In this document: one piece after another, positions 63,110 through 64,000 of the stretch
Layout: each line of letters opens with the position of its first letter
How positions within the stretch are numbered: position 1 is the stretch's first letter
Origin: an uncultured Dehalococcoidia bacterium
GTDB taxonomy: Bacteria; Chloroflexota; Dehalococcoidia; UBA2247; RBG-13-53-26
Direction: 5' to 3'
Length of the DNA: 64,000 nt
Assembly (NCBI GenBank): GCA_964423835.1
Contig: CAYRGJ010000002.1
Span: forward strand, 104,608-168,607
Translations under genes and position numbers: made by a program
Notes under the pieces: generated by a model
Told to the model about the DNA's origin: nothing
The model's database searches: none
What the model saw: the letters and a program-made list of their open reading frames with translations, nothing else

Positions 63110-63811
63110 TCAAAGCGCCAGATTGCCCGGCAGGCCGGGGACCAGGCTGGCCCCATCCCCGGTCAAGTCCGGAATGAGCCCGCGTTCGACGGCGAAGCGG
63201 CCCAGCCTGATGTGAGGCGTACGCAGCCCCAGCTTCCGTATCATGTTGGTACGATGGAGCTCGACGGTGCGCCGGCTTATGCCCAGGCGCGCTGCGATGT
63301 CCTTGTTTGTATAGCCCTCGGCAGCCAGCCTCAGGATCTCGATCTCCCGCGGCGTGAGGCTGTCATAAGGATCCTTCTTCTTCACAGGCCCGTTCTGAAC
63401 GTAGATATCCACGGCCAGGTCCGCCAGCGGGCCTGACAGGTAGTGGTGCCCGGCCAGCACCGCCCTGGCTGCGGCAATGAGGTCCTGGGCCTCGCCGCCC
63501 TTGAGCACAAAGGCCATGGCCCCGGCCGACATGGCCTCGTGTACATACTGCTCATGATCATACATGGAGAAGACAATCACCTTGCTGCAGACGGGCGGGC
63601 GCGTCACCTGCCTGGTTACCTCGAAGCCGCTGATGTTGCTCAGCATCAGGTCGACCACCATGATATCCGGATGCAGGCTCTCCGCCATCCGAATGCCCTC
63701 CAGGCCTTCTCCGGTCTCACCCACCACCTTGAAATCGCTCTGCGTCTCCAGCAGCTTCCTCACTCCATGTCTGACAATGGCATGATCATCGATCACCATA
63801 ATGGAAATCAC
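63110..63811 (-). CDS. NarL/FixJ (LuxR-HTH) response regulator, canonical receiver
   Basis: IMVIDDH.., DIMVVDLMLSNISG, VFSMY, VLKG. C-terminal LTPREIEILRLAAEGYTNKDIAARLGISRRTVELHR. GTG at 63811 is 7 nt after GGAGGAGG. Confidence 0.85.
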   Translation of the reverse strand: MISIMVIDDHAIVRHGVRKLLETQSDFKVVGETGEGLEGIRMAESLHPDIMVVDLMLSNISGFEVTRQVTRPPVCSKVIVFSMYDHEQYVHEAMSAGAMAFVLKGGEAQDLIAAARAVLAGHHYLSGPLADLAVDIYVQNGPVKKKDPYDSLTPREIEILRLAAEGYTNKDIAARLGISRRTVELHRTNMIRKLGLRTPHIRLGRFAVERGLIPDLTGDGASLVPGLPGNLAL

Positions 63812-64000
63812 GGCCGATCCTCCTCCCCCTTGGCAAACCACCCCCAAGAGGCTGCTGACCCAGTCCCTTACTCGGTACGAAGGGCTGCAGTACTTATGGT
63901 AGCCGCTTTGTCAGGCTACAGTAATACGTAAGAGGACTAGGTTGCTCCCTGCGCGAGCTACTTACCGTCAGATCAGTATGTTTGCTTAGTGGAAATTACT

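Noticed and set aside
1-64000. Mobile genetic elements, prophage, or known anti-phage defence systems.
   Set aside because: I recognised no transposase, integrase, recombinase, terminal inverted repeats, phage structural genes, restriction-modification, toxin-antitoxin or cas signatures in any frame.

Overview
Visibly GC-rich, densely coding bacterial chromosomal window. Shine-Dalgarno sites are strong (GGAGG type) and GTG/TTG starts are frequent. I saw no rRNA, CRISPR array, transposase, integrase or prophage signature. About 60 genes can be supported.

Gene content from left to right:
(1) 1-9.2 kb: truncated miaB, tRNA-Ser(GCU), a macro-domain plus HDAC-like operon, a B12-binding radical SAM enzyme, an ADP-forming acyl-CoA synthetase-like protein, an acyl-CoA dehydrogenase, birA and a nitroreductase.
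(2) 9.3-14.4 kb: an MFS transporter, then an SDR, an SCPx-type thiolase and an HMG-CoA-synthase-like/DUF35 fusion that lacks its catalytic residues.
(3) 15-28 kb: a GH3 beta-glucosidase, two convergent multi-PAS HD-GYP proteins (one with a MEDS domain), a TIM-barrel isomerase-like protein, fabH, and a HisKA_2 kinase with a receiver protein.
(4) 28-39 kb: a Cys-rich 4Fe-4S protein, glpX, a second HDAC-like gene, a PEGA/Fn3 surface protein, a promoter-driven candidate small structured RNA, and a four-gene operon containing a nucleotidyl-cyclase/palm-like protein.
(5) 39.4-46.2 kb: an island of small proteins dominated by five intact copies and one decayed copy of a SpoIIAA/STAS-like family, interleaved with V4R, DUF1801, SCP2 and Cys-rich Fe-S proteins.
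(6) 46.2-63.8 kb: a Pel-/galactosaminogalactan-like exopolysaccharide locus. It holds PelF-like and PelG-like genes, a 4,6-dehydratase, a GalE-like epimerase, two Spherulin-4-like TIM barrels and glmS. It is flanked by two NarL-type regulators, one of which has Glu in place of the phospho-acceptor Asp. Next to it is a 2174-aa secreted giant protein built from Ig-like domains alternating with an unclassified ~170-aa module in near-identical 792-bp tandem repeats.

The EPS locus with its giant protein, the STAS-like island, the orphan structured RNA, the palm-like protein and the inactive HMGCS-DUF35 fusion are the items most worth a second look. All family assignments come from motif recognition by eye. 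No database search was run.
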